DNA of 62,712 bases, counting the filler, from Stramenopiles sp. TOSAG23-2 (Eukaryota): assembly GCA_900128395.1 (NCBI GenBank). It is 3 parts of 3 records of this genome, joined end to end, with 100 filler letters (N's around TTAATTAATTAA, not from the genome) between each part and the next. Parts side by side here need not be neighbours in the genome. Positions count along the whole stretch, not along the records: positions 30,569 to 60,996 come from LT649382.1; 2 more parts are not named here. The stretch is one strand, 5' to 3'. Each line of letters begins with the position of its first letter. The first letter of the stretch is position 1. The position numbers and the translations under genes were made by a program. The notes beneath the pieces were generated by a model, which saw nothing but the letters and a program-made list of their open reading frames with translations, was not told the DNA's origin and did no database searches. Shown here one piece after another: positions 46,401-55,085 of the stretch.

Positions 46401-48423
46401 GAAAGCACGCGAAGAAATTTGGGAGCGTTACACTACACGCACCATGTCTACAGCAATGAAGGCAGCTTATGCTGAGCTGTACCCGGACATATATGGCAAA
46501 GATGCGCCAGACACAAAAGAGTTGATCCATGCAATTGATCCATTTGCCAAGTTTGATCATGATAATGATGATAATTCCGAGTATCACTTGAACGGTACGG
46601 ACAGTGATCAATTTTCAGATTTTGAAGAGCAACATGAATATTTCGATGATAGCGATAATTTTCCACCTCGGCGAAGAAGGTATGATGAAGATGATCAATT
46701 TTTTCGAGATGGAAAAATTGACGAAAGAGAAACTATGGCGGAGCTGGAAAACATACAATTAGAGAAAGAATTGAGAAGGTTAGAGCAAAATGAGATAGAT
46801 GATACCCATAATTTAACAAAATCAACAACTAAAAGTGCCACAGATCTTATGCTGAAAGAAAGTAAAGGCAGAGATACAAACAATTTACCAATAGGTCAAA
46901 AGAAAATGAACAACTCAAAGCGGGCTGGATCAGCACCATCATTAGTTAGCAAAAACGAATCGAATGTTGAAACTATGACAAAAAGATATTTGCTTGAGAA
47001 TAATGGAGTTGAAAAAGAACACACAATAACAACACAAGCACAAAGGCGTGCAAAGAAAAAAATAACAGCCAAGAGTGATCAACCAGCTCTAGACGTACCA
47101 ATAAATACGATTTTAGCGTATAATAAGAATAATGATAATAACAACGACAATATAAAAGGGCTAGATCGAAGCAAGAAAGAGGAGCGCGATAATGCTGTAG
47201 CCGCTGTGGGTGGGGATATGAATAATGAAGATGTTTCTTTAAATAACATCAACCCTTCCGAACCACGAAATAGTCTTGAGACAGAAAGAAATATAATAAA
47301 AGGCGATTTAAAACGAAATGTAGATTTTAATCAGAAACTTGAAAACGCCAATGAAAAGTATGCAAAGAAAGGAACTGAAAAGAATGTAATAAATGCAGCA
47401 ATTTTGGATACGCAACCAGTGGAAGTTTTTCATTCACCATCTCCAACAGTTGAGAAAGACTCTATGTTAATAGAAACGGACCTTGTGGAGGATGGCGATA
47501 AGAATGTGGTGGATAAACAAAAAGGAGAATTGTCAAAACATGATGTAGAAACCAGAAACACGATTACCGATACTAAAAAAGGACCACTTTTGTCAACCAC
47601 AGCAAAAGAAGAGATTAAAACACAAAGGACTGAGGATAAAAAGGATATTGTACCAGAAGATAAGCAAAGCAAAATTGAAAAAATTGTTGATGGTAAGAAT
47701 AAAATAGATGATCTTGAAACAACGAATCATTCTGAACAGCATAACTTCAATGTGGATATTAATAAAGACCTTGTTGTAGTTGAAAATAAAGTCGATGAAA
47801 AGAACTCAGAAATTGTTGCAACGGAAAATGATAAAAGTAAAAATACAAACAAATTAGAAGATGAAATAGAAAATATGGACAAAGAAAATGTGCAGAAGTC
47901 TATTGATATTGGGACGGTTGATAAAACGAATGTAAATAAGCCTGTTTTCCTTTCAAAAAAATCTAGTACTAAAAATATAGATGAAAAAAAAAAAATGCCA
48001 TGGGACAAAAAAGATTTTGGTATAAATTCCGATTCTCATATAAATATGTTGAAGACAAAAAAAATCACAGAAGATTTACAACGATTAAAGGAATTGGAAA
48101 TTCAACGCCTGAAAGAAATTGAAATGCAAAAAGAAGAAGATCGTATATTGGCGGAACAGGAAGCTAGGAGACTAGAAGCAGAGGCAGATGAAACACGATT
48201 GCTCAATTTATTCAGTCGTGATTCTGAACAGGTAAATTTACAATACGACTCTAGAAGACGGACAAACTTAATGAAAGATATTCAATTGGGGAGAAAATTG
48301 GAAGAAATTTTCAAAATCAAGGATGAAAACATAAAGAAGCAAGAGCAAATGTTGATTAAAACGTCAAATAGCGAAGGGCTTGCTCAAAGACTAAAGTCTG
48401 GGATGCAAAATTTAAAGTCGTAG
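37465..48423 (+). CDS. Giant protein with IQ motif, Sfi1-like Trp repeats, ankyrin repeats and coiled coil
   Basis: 3652-codon frame spanning a 132-N gap (40079-40210). AKIQKWYRGIRVR (IQ); periodic W motifs (RCLLSWR, IMFTWL, VFMQWR, CWRQWT, YLRAWR); ankyrins GNTLLHIAC, QTPLHCAA, GKTPIELA. Confidence 0.85.
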   Translation: MKKNKRLLSYNNDKKDRNTTSKYMKKKRKEKKTSKDGGIVRHSGWHSTWKAREAEIAAGNVKQKNNDTNESKQKSEHDVIRERSKKDLDANVAQDLIGYLDWLSKRTNNLENRITKHYETNENYTNVDADTYSIQSNDNNMINNNVNKISRPRTSPVHSLQYRNLSMNNNTILKYQNEQQSQSQVYDNNNNVYNNNNRNKNFNRRRTRPKTSLQHAGKLRLDEHGLPFVSKRELRDESIPFDDQVNNFLNKYIKHQMKPKTSAKIQKWYRGIRVRHKFLRWKRRKLLKMEDIFVVWKLSWKFRKLSHNSKQRRYWAAWKEDHDDLKATKRLLERAMKKESGKTRTILANLMVGQAMSKGGNGSDAGYSPEQLKLMNDIRFEALRQAKSKAFLAWTRAVEYSKVNAEKARLHLQRVMRSLESQRQTYMWPIERCALMLKLWRRVIRFQKYIKNGGDGIPEFKDLNQLDEWDAWLAEYERWQIIYFKADTLAPLVLMRRNLIRIKRYVDNIKDARQKDKDARRHYKSYLVKRCLLSWRVEARQRGRNMRKLRKIMFTWLAWAKREKELKKRENLIASRLHDRAIGNVFMQWRWRRNAHAMVVATGLHFLLQSSAKYSLLYAIFKWKQDGPHCVMMRCWRQWTKFASRRVLWNRYLFQYRRRVARNAQSKYLRAWRMYAMKRIESRRRRKRQRYLEQTGDNVLENGSEDDYNSSDEESDVDMRFEDRNSDINWTVEWKKRSKKADSKLRGLQEGALPEDRLDEMVMRRMLIDTNELASFSDDVDSNKYSNPPIDRAGNTLLHIACGRGDANTVQNLITQGHPINITNYKDQTPLHCAARHLPLMFLPVVIHLLESGASIDMEDSTGKTPIELAIXXXXXXXXXXXXXXXXXXXXXXXXXXXXXXXXXXXXXXXXXXXXXPQISFLLRRHKQRLENYEFTSKERQWYRRMRINQWSCVNHTEIWQEAVHLYVLQKKQGQGLGNENGSAVGAGGRPQSKRSRAGGISDARMERIRRLQKGAHGSVDDKSNAMAGETKFGNDGSGTVEEPSGWYSPRCLKNQWTQRYHRALAFLRTRRALENSGYRALVTTQTLKRNRRIRRMRRRLQRDKLLLSNAYLRKTVQEYEKAAKQQKYIADAGKHSSDEDEDDEFNSDDDENERKGSRKSDGDSDDNGSDSDSEHSIIESSVAESDFDLASSLNDGDNMPLNKVSSGGLEGVSISDNKNKISGIVPMPSLTDIDSRPNTAVVDGEDNTRTNVPVVSMSVKKKKKQAQASKYGMVLEDANKVVGDPLRWDTDEDSDMEDFTDTIDESLSSLLDIGKVQRRSKELKWNNKDEDDVDVDDVDEDENDDLGVINVNIAFAKAIKSLAADEDDKEKESIRFSSEHDVNLIRFGIERKLASLGGMEITVTTGLHGIPRSTEELERLESISSARPNSSSGRPSSRGKDDDESNSSKSLDGMDPEYFGQLKKAHGIALSMLDAERNDLEHRWDTCDHEIQTADAEIIKDQEKLNGLYIKRESALAELSIVIQHAKKESKNIQVQIKKTKHLAFEADQHVEKLEAKMQKIEDALEAAKQNFTIACKRRLGPDKIKKAQKAKDSAGKKLKDAGKEFQSAKEEAAALESKVHTQIQLSKKMQQLNQQNTQVHLNLLADIDKQASDLVNKIETNKEATKENVRELQSLEMQLHEVKIEQGRNQAAFSDADKSENELLQGTSGSRYRRYGTTTPPSTPPLSRGSITALTMVLEEPPPQSPLQNEQQVVDKYQNDDNLGIFSEEDSSSESVSDIDFDEGKQENKGSPAQSFLLAPPKRKRPPKSAKDWKKENREVLATTPSAKAQREENLEIKAKHAVLKAEHKYLNTPPQQRRKESQSIYKDSVEVLFNEERVQHKAQLEQLAIQRAKKEKEDAKAERKKKRKTEMASSLNASESVFDVFAVEKRKKAKEGRKAAAKKKAEEKAELNGEPRVDSDSDTDSDDEWRKGWKDDIIYAQLLAEKKEAKYNGTSDLNNDVLTTNETNNEVGGKQQKVAKGKTGMKKQLETNKANNEMFYFGNFGVLINNKDETDEIGEHDLNENSSLIDEEESVQTTKMQSNSSKVSTDNMTDGIFEQNDDVEDGDDEVEDAMSKETDDDFSDEEPVDWRASEYPAEMFQDPLEEVDGKPKQIDPNKFMLGSSISVREATKHGIDPLIFVARDSGKRDGLAGGDFVNEETFMESSTDNHDDNDGIVLQESSVMADNTNMDDSKTTKDSAVSGKNKLKKQAIFKKSESTQDKLNVNVTSVDTDNIEKKNLLETKSNEEMLTEQSSTRPRTAPMAVPRSPDARSSEAANLMFGSNSEVLDKRPNTAIVTETGSEIKLPTTEDVENMEIEAWDESVESQGLVMQGSLLNDSSTDSNRKKSDQKTELVKKKAVIKKEVRLKINWHDTINIRALKKKNDFEKRVKDDLERVLKSRIEDEKKRRMSEDGTWARMPVPDNNLLETYKPVQASTMRTAVSHPDLDILVKEDKNAIMLGKYVLEGSNFTHKPITNSFIVKSMSTPGLIQRESLRKSLEESSVYFDDEIKDQNGMIPQDQSQQFLPDSVNSAQTASDFLESISYAGDEHDAWNTFFESQYSDVSNNDNTKSHNEDLNNVKSKNLEIIGVGKGLSSLKGSFGDEKRVNSATGLKLKHKSLVTNNESTEYLVHNDRNYSPKETGIHTTLKQERKHIRASTAPTSPMRQAKGLDGTTINNDSGKSVHRETKKYDRPSSSSFRLEGSTASEISEYLSAFKANINDKTLSKNHEDVVLAYAEAIGRGETKHGNFEEKRKLLSRRSRSRGKALNTSNSLAGLKPLLVTQVSSRVSQVSSTESVPLKPLPMNIMKAMPHGLSNSSKAHQLDSGLSSYSSTLVKPNLSHAIGGSHRSSHINVSTNITSSIVGEYEKKETQKSKKEVTAQDERVENFQMIEKKKKYAKYAKNKGRLYLKGKSVLQKDVEEHDEETSINNQYEERKAREEIWERYTTRTMSTAMKAAYAELYPDIYGKDAPDTKELIHAIDPFAKFDHDNDDNSEYHLNGTDSDQFSDFEEQHEYFDDSDNFPPRRRRYDEDDQFFRDGKIDERETMAELENIQLEKELRRLEQNEIDDTHNLTKSTTKSATDLMLKESKGRDTNNLPIGQKKMNNSKRAGSAPSLVSKNESNVETMTKRYLLENNGVEKEHTITTQAQRRAKKKITAKSDQPALDVPINTILAYNKNNDNNNDNIKGLDRSKKEERDNAVAAVGGDMNNEDVSLNNINPSEPRNSLETERNIIKGDLKRNVDFNQKLENANEKYAKKGTEKNVINAAILDTQPVEVFHSPSPTVEKDSMLIETDLVEDGDKNVVDKQKGELSKHDVETRNTITDTKKGPLLSTTAKEEIKTQRTEDKKDIVPEDKQSKIEKIVDGKNKIDDLETTNHSEQHNFNVDINKDLVVVENKVDEKNSEIVATENDKSKNTNKLEDEIENMDKENVQKSIDIGTVDKTNVNKPVFLSKKSSTKNIDEKKKMPWDKKDFGINSDSHINMLKTKKITEDLQRLKELEIQRLKEIEMQKEEDRILAEQEARRLEAEADETRLLNLFSRDSEQVNLQYDSRRRTNLMKDIQLGRKLEEIFKIKDENIKKQEQMLIKTSNSEGLAQRLKSGMQNLKS

Positions 48424-48997
48424 TATATTAAATATTTTTTTAACATCATAATAATTATAGTCGACTGACTGTGTTGTAAAATGTTGTTCATAATCCTAAT
48501 CCATTTCTTAAATTGTACTTATGTCTTACTAGTATATTTTATTTATACTGTACTGTAGTCTCCTTTTACTTTACCTCTGGTTTACCACCCGTAACTTAAG
48601 GATAGCATATAAATAAAACCTGTGGTCCTACGAGGACCAACCATTATATTTCCATTGAAGAATCATTTTTTATAATACTGTAGCGCTGCTATTTACCACG
48701 TATCCACATACATCAAGGAATCACACAGTCATAGATTAAAGATTAATACACACAATATATGTATAGTACACCAATCGATAGATATAAATATAGATAGACG
48801 AAATTCATAATCACATATATATATAGAAGACACAGATTAATACAGATAGAAAAATACATTGTAGAGTATACTGTAGATAAATACAGACATACAAACATAC
48901 ATACATATATATGTACATAAATATAAATAGTGTAAGTAGCATATTTATCGTTCATATCACTTACCATAGCCGAAATAAATGCAACAAAATAAACAAA

Positions 48998-49094
48998 TTT
49001 CTATGATTACACTTACGTTGGCACCAGTCCGAAGCGGATTAGACCCCGTATTTAACGTGTGGATTCAACTTTTTGGAATTACCGTCTGAGATAT
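48998..49094 (+). ncRNA. Box C/D snoRNA, dual guide for 18S rRNA (snR77/SNORD65-like)
   Basis: Box C-like ATGATTA at 49003, D' CCGA at 49029, box D CTGA at 49086, short imperfect terminal stem. TGGAATTACCG before box D is complementary to conserved 18S CGGUAAUUCCA. GTTGGCACCAG before D' is complementary to 18S CUGGUGCCAGC (one G-U pair). Confidence 0.85.
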
Positions 49095-49290
49095 TTTTTT
49101 ATTTCACAGCATTTACACCTTTGATCAAACATATATACATTTATGTGTATCTATCTATATATATATATATACATACCATATTATATACATAAACATATTT
49201 ATAGCTTATACTATAATTATCAATACACACAACAGTAGAAAACTAACCTTTATATTTTATTACTACTACACAGGTATAGAAAATTGTATC

Positions 49291-49509
49291 ATGCAATCAA
49301 GTTCTGTCACAAAACGAGAATCGTTGAAAACAGAAGAAGTAATGGAAGTTTTAAAGCAATTTATCGCCGAGCATAGTATATCAGATTACCGTGGAGGTAG
49401 TGATGAGGAATATTTATCTGGGGAGAGAAGAGCTAAGGTTGTCCCAGAAGATGTTATAAATCAATTAAAAGTAGTAAAAATGCAACTAGAATCTGGATAT
49501 CCACATTAA
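49291..49509 (+). CDS. Small protein resembling RNA polymerase I subunit A14 (RPA14/Ker1)
   Basis: LKTEEVMEVLKQFIAEH...VINQLKVVKMQLESGYP parallels yeast A14 VSTDEVLQFLESFIDE...ISQLKRIQRDFKGLPP (recalled). Composition is coding-like. Upstream are a branch point (CTAAC ~49243) and an acceptor CAG at 49271-49273. Confidence 0.55.
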   Translation: MQSSSVTKRESLKTEEVMEVLKQFIAEHSISDYRGGSDEEYLSGERRAKVVPEDVINQLKVVKMQLESGYPH

Positions 49510-49929
49510 CAGAGGGAGTTCTTTCTGACATTTTAGTATATATATCTAAATATAAATATATATGCCTCGTTTCAATAACATGAGATGTCCATTTATCAGT
49601 CTTCGTCCTGTAAATAAAAGTTTGTAAATAAAGAGAAATATGTCTAGTATGTGTGTAAAAAAAAAAAAAGATACGAATATCAAATATCGTACTCAGTATG
49701 CGTGTATATATTTTTTTTAGTATTAGTAATATACCTGGTAATAATATTATTTGTTATACATTTTCACACATTCCCTTAATAAATACGAAGTATATAGTAT
49801 CATTATGTACTGTAATTAATTCCTACTGTACTGTACGTTCGTACAAACTCGTACGTACGAAGAACGTAAAAAATATTCTCGCTCGTCGTACACGCACACG
49901 CACACACACACAAATCAAAACGCATATCT

Positions 49930-51381
49930 CTATCCAATTGGTTTTTCTTCATCATCGTCTTCCTTATCATCAACCATACTTCTTTTTAATAAATAGTTAT
50001 TACTGCCGAAAGTTAAAGACACAAATGCGATGAAACACGAACCTGTAGTAGCAAGAACAATCCAAGTTGGTTCTATTTCAATACCAATAGATGGTAATAG
50101 CAAAAAAATTAATCCTGCAATATTATTTAATAATGTTAATAGTGTCGTCGTAAGTCCTTCTGCAATTGGGAAAACTACATCAACACTAAGTTCAAAAAAT
50201 AACGGGGGCGTTCCATTAATTAAAACTCCACCAGTAATACACAATATATATATACCTTCAATACCAATTGTTTCCATTTTGTTTGGCATTATTAAGAACA
50301 CACTGAAAACTATATACAAAACTGTTGCAAGAAACGATATTGTAATTAATAAATTTCGTTTTATGTTGATATTTTTTTTTGATTTTGAAGAAGTAGAAGC
50401 AATATCATTTACAACTTTCATATCACTGAAATACGAAAGCAATAAACCTGATAAGTTACCACTGAGATTGCTATAAAATCCAATCCATGATGCAGTTTTT
50501 TGTGGATATTTAATAATACTCTTTGGAAATTTTTCCATGATCAGGCAATATAGAGGACCCCAACCCGCATAAACTCCAGTCATGATTCCGTATGATAAAG
50601 CTAAACTAATAAATGATTTATTTGAAAATAATTTTTTAAAACCTTCCCATTCTTGAGAACGTTTCATAGTCGATGATTTACTTGGTGCATTGGTAGGTTT
50701 GTTGGGTAAATATATAAAAATCATCAACATACATATTGATGACAGTATAAATGCGACCCATAAGTAATTTCGTACATCCTTTATAGTTCCATTTTCTGGA
50801 ACCATGATTGGACCAAGCAGATAAGAAATCGAAACACCCATCATATTTGCAATTACAAAAATGGAGGTTGATATTGTACGTAAATGTTTAGGAAAAAATG
50901 TCGACGAGATAGTTGTGCCAGCTGACATTGCAAAAGGTCCAGCCAAACCGTTCAGTGCTTGGCCTACGTGTTGCAATATAAGACAAGTAAAACTATCATC
51001 AGTTACAATTAATCTAATGGCACAGGATAGAAAAATCAAAATTATAGAAACAATTGAGGAAACTCTTATACCTCTTGAGTCTAACAAAACTGCTGTTGGA
51101 TAAAATGCGAATACGTATGCAATTGGACCCCAATTCGATAGGAAGCTTATAATAGCCCCATTCCAACCAAACACAGTAGATTGCTGAACTGCTACTGAAA
51201 TAGGTCCATATGTGTTCCATATCCAGCCTTGTAAAAATGCAATAAAAGAGGTGGAAAATAAAATATAATATTTTAAACATGCTCTTTCAGAATGGACAAC
51301 ATGATTAATAGTATCTATTTTTTTTTCTCTTATATGTAGTAATGGATTTTCATCAATAACAGATTCATAATTACTATTCAT
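49930..51381 (-). CDS. MFS transporter, SLC49 (DIRC2/FLVCR) family
   Basis: QGWIWNTYGPIS, LSNWGPI, GQALNGLAGP, FFP..LRT.STSI, PLFFEL.V...FPI.EG; 12-TM pattern. Confidence 0.88.
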   Translation of the reverse strand: MNSNYESVIDENPLLHIREKKIDTINHVVHSERACLKYYILFSTSFIAFLQGWIWNTYGPISVAVQQSTVFGWNGAIISFLSNWGPIAYVFAFYPTAVLLDSRGIRVSSIVSIILIFLSCAIRLIVTDDSFTCLILQHVGQALNGLAGPFAMSAGTTISSTFFPKHLRTISTSIFVIANMMGVSISYLLGPIMVPENGTIKDVRNYLWVAFILSSICMLMIFIYLPNKPTNAPSKSSTMKRSQEWEGFKKLFSNKSFISLALSYGIMTGVYAGWGPLYCLIMEKFPKSIIKYPQKTASWIGFYSNLSGNLSGLLLSYFSDMKVVNDIASTSSKSKKNINIKRNLLITISFLATVLYIVFSVFLIMPNKMETIGIEGIYILCITGGVLINGTPPLFFELSVDVVFPIAEGLTTTLLTLLNNIAGLIFLLLPSIGIEIEPTWIVLATTGSCFIAFVSLTFGSNNYLLKRSMVDDKEDDDEEKPIG

Positions 51382-51954
51382 TGTATTTTTTTATATTTTT
51401 CAATGGAAAAATCTCTTTTCAAACCACATTAAAATCTCTTTTTCGCACCACCACACCGCCACACACACATATATGAGATGATGATAATAATGCCAAGAGG
51501 AATGATGTCAATCAACAATCAATAATCCTGGCGGCTACGGAAGACTCTGCCAGGCTTGCCCGCTTGGGCCACATATCCTTCGGGCAATCTAAATCTAAAT
51601 CCTAAAAATATACCACCGAATACTGTACCAGGCATATAGGACAATATCAAGTACCACAAACAACAACAAAAGATACACAAACATATAATTATTAATAAAT
51701 GTGCAAATCATAGAATCTACCTGGTATTATTAATAATATCTAACATATGATGGCAAGATACAAGTATGCAAAAGTAATCATTGTTGTAATACATACATAC
51801 ACAAATATATATACATAATCATATTATTCAAATATTTTCAAAATTTATATATAAGTACGAACTTCAAAAACGTTGCCTAATTATTATCATACTGTAATAC
51901 AGACTTCGTAGTAAAAAAATACAATTTTATAGACAAGGGAATAAAATAATTAAT

Positions 51955-53468
51955 ATGTCAGGTGGTAAGAAAACGGACAAGCTTTCAAGAGGAAATATTA
52001 ACAAGAATGATTCTGCTGAAAACAAAGGTGTCGCCGCGGCAATAAAGAAACGAAAACGAAACAAATCAACATTGGAGACTCATGGAGTCACACCAGAATT
52101 GCTTAGTATGGTTAAGAGTGGCATGTTGACATTGGTGCAAGCTAGGAAAATTTATCAGGAAAGTATAAATGGAGAAAACGTAAGCCCATCGACGGCAAAA
52201 AAAAAAAAAAGTATTACCACAACTAATAAAAATAATCGTGCTGGTACTACCACGACATCAACAAATAAACAAGCAGACTGGTTTTCAACAGAGGAAGAAG
52301 AGGGAGGAAAAAAACAAGACAAGAGGCAAAAGAGGAGTGCTAAAAACGATGGTAAAATGAATAATGAACCTCTTACAAATGATGTTGGTCCGGTTTCCTG
52401 TGAAATGACACAGTTAATTCACGAATCTTCTCATCGATCAATTTGTGCATCGGATAAGATAAGGACGCAATTATCGAATAACTTTGAAAAAAATATAATG
52501 AAAATGAGGATCTTAGATGTTCGTTCCAATAATGTAAAAGAGAAAGTTTTAAAAATGCGCTTGTGCGGAGAGCCATTTGTCCTTGTTGGACATGATCAGT
52601 TTACAGAGTTTGCAGCATCATGGCGTTTATCAAGTAAATCGCCAAATTCATTAGATACAAACCGGATACCGCCATTGTTACGAAAGTTATCAGTTCCAAT
52701 AATTAAAAAAGGAGAAAGATCAGCAACCTCTTTTCATCCAATTAATTCTAAAATGCCATTTGAACAATATTTAAAAGATTATTGGAAAAAATCAAACCCA
52801 TCATGTTACCTCCATCAATGGCAATTTCCTGTCGAGAGCAAAATTGCACGGAAACATATCGGGGCAAAACATGTTTACGCTAAAAATAACAATGGCAGCA
52901 ATAATGATGAAAATAAAGGATTTCGTCGCAAATCTCATTTACCTTCATGTATGGGCATAGATTTACTTGAGTATTGGCGCACTGATTTAGATGGTGAAAA
53001 TCCATTTCAGTATATTTTTGCTGGTGCACCATCAACGGCAAGTATGATGCACCATGATCCAGGTGGTATGGGAATTTTCATTGCTCCTGTATGTGGTAAA
53101 AAAGAGTTGACGTTAATACATAGGAATGATGTGTCCAGATTGTATGAGATGGTTCCATGGGAAAAAGATGGCTTTGAGTTGGATTTTCAAAAGTATCCAA
53201 TGTTACAGTTTGCACGCGTATGGCGTCATGTGTTAGAACCTGGAGATATTGCATATTTGCCTGCTGGGACATATCATAGTGTGAAGAATACAGAAGCATG
53301 CTTCTCCTATCATCGATTTCATTTAGATGAAATTAATTTACCTTTCTTCTTCAATTCATTATATGCTGGAGATGCGCCGGAAATAGACCATTACGAAGTT
53401 ATATGGAATAGTATACACGGAATCTTAAATGATTTCCAAGCCCTTGAAGAATCGCATCGGCGGGGCAA

Positions 53469-53500
<32 letters not shown>

Positions 53501-54662
53501 TTGATTGTGACAATAGCCTTCAAACAGATATTAATAGCATGCGTTCACTATTAATTCGCCTACGACAAATATCTTGTGCAATATATGATCAAGAACATAA
53601 ACAAGATTGGTACGATATTGTACAAGATATTGATTTAATATTAAATGGCAATTATACTCAAAATAATAAACAACAAAGTGTTAATGGTGCTAATCATACC
53701 AAATTGATGGAAACTGCAATAGTAGGAAAAAATACAAACCGTGTAAAATTTAATAGTGGTAGACATCTAATGGACAATAGTAACTTATCTCAAGTAGTAA
53801 ACCAAGACAATGTTGCAAACAGCAAACAAAATAATAATATACATGCAAATGGTAAAAGTTCAAACAGCAGTGATAATACCAACAAGAATACGACAACAAC
53901 AAAACCAAATAATGCTTCTTCTTCCTCCTCTTCCTCCTCCTCCTCCTCCTCCTCTTCCTCCTTCTCTTCTGGTGCTGCTGCTGCTGCTAAATCAACCACT
54001 ATTAGAACATCAATTTCAACATTGAGTACTAATAGTAATAAAAAGTCCATTAGCTCACGGAAAAGAGCATCAAAAGCAAAAGCGTGGGTAATTGGCAAAC
54101 AATTAACAATGGAACGTTTTGGGCAAAGAAAAAAGGGTATGTTCACCAAGCTGTACAGTTTTTTCAATAAAATAATATCTCTTCTAACTCGCATGTAAAC
54201 ATCAAACTTAAAACAAATCTCATAGGACATATAGTAGGAGTGAGAAGAAACGTATCATCTTGGAAATGCAGATACAAAGGATGGCAACATATGTATGATG
54301 AATATGTACCTATTGAAAATATTAAAAGCCCAACAATTCAACGGGGTGATTATAAAAAAGATGATAAAGTATTTGTTCAATGGGGTGAAACGGGAGAATC
54401 ATATGAAGCCAGATTATTAAAATATCACCGAGGGACATTAATTAATATTTCATTTCCAGATTTAGGACAAGATTGGAATACATGGTTGCCAGAACACATA
54501 GTAAAGTTACAAATGAAAAAAGAGAGACAACTGATGGAGGTTGATTCTAATATTTCTAATACTAATAATACAGGTAACGAAGATGATGAAGGCGATTACA
54601 ACAACAATATATACGAAGAAGAGATGAGTGAAGATGAAGAGAGAGATAAAATTGTAGTTTAA
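51955..54662 (+). CDS. JmjC-domain protein with C-terminal tandem Tudor/chromo-barrel domains (two exons, intron 54137-54225)
   Basis: YLHQW, MHHDP (HxD), LEPGD..YLPAGTYHSV. Intron GTATGT...CTAAC...CATAG of 89 nt joins in frame (KKG|HIVGVRR) to an exon encoding RYKGWQHMYDEYVP and KVFVQWG...YEA...WNTWLP. Confidence 0.85.
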
Positions 54663-54718
54663 TAGTAGTATAACAAGTATATATTCCTATATAGTACCAG
54701 TACCAAGTACCACAGGAA

Positions 54719-54817
54719 CTGGAATCATAATCATCTGGAATGCTGGATGCCTGGAATGCCAGAATGCCAGGAATGCCAGGGAATGCTGGAAGAACTGATG
54801 GAATGCCAGAAAGCCAG
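54719..54817. repeat. GC-rich (G)GAATGC(C/T) repeat cluster upstream of NAR1
   Basis: ctggaatgctgg, cctggaatgccagaatgccaggaatgccagggaatgctgg, tggaatgccag. Confidence 0.8.
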
Positions 54818-55020
54818 AAAAAAGCACACAAAAAAATTGTTGGCCCACTTTAACTTACACTGAAAAGTCTATATATAATAGGACCTAGATTAATTGCTGG
54901 ATTGCCCACCACATTGCAACATTTTTTGGTTGGTGAATGCTGGAATGGCAAACAACAAAAGAAAAATTATCTTTTTTTGTGTAATCTATAAATAAACATA
55001 CACCAATAACATCAATTCCA

Positions 55021-55055
<35 letters not shown>

Positions 55056-55085
55056 AAGCACATATTACATACGCTTCGCTCCACT

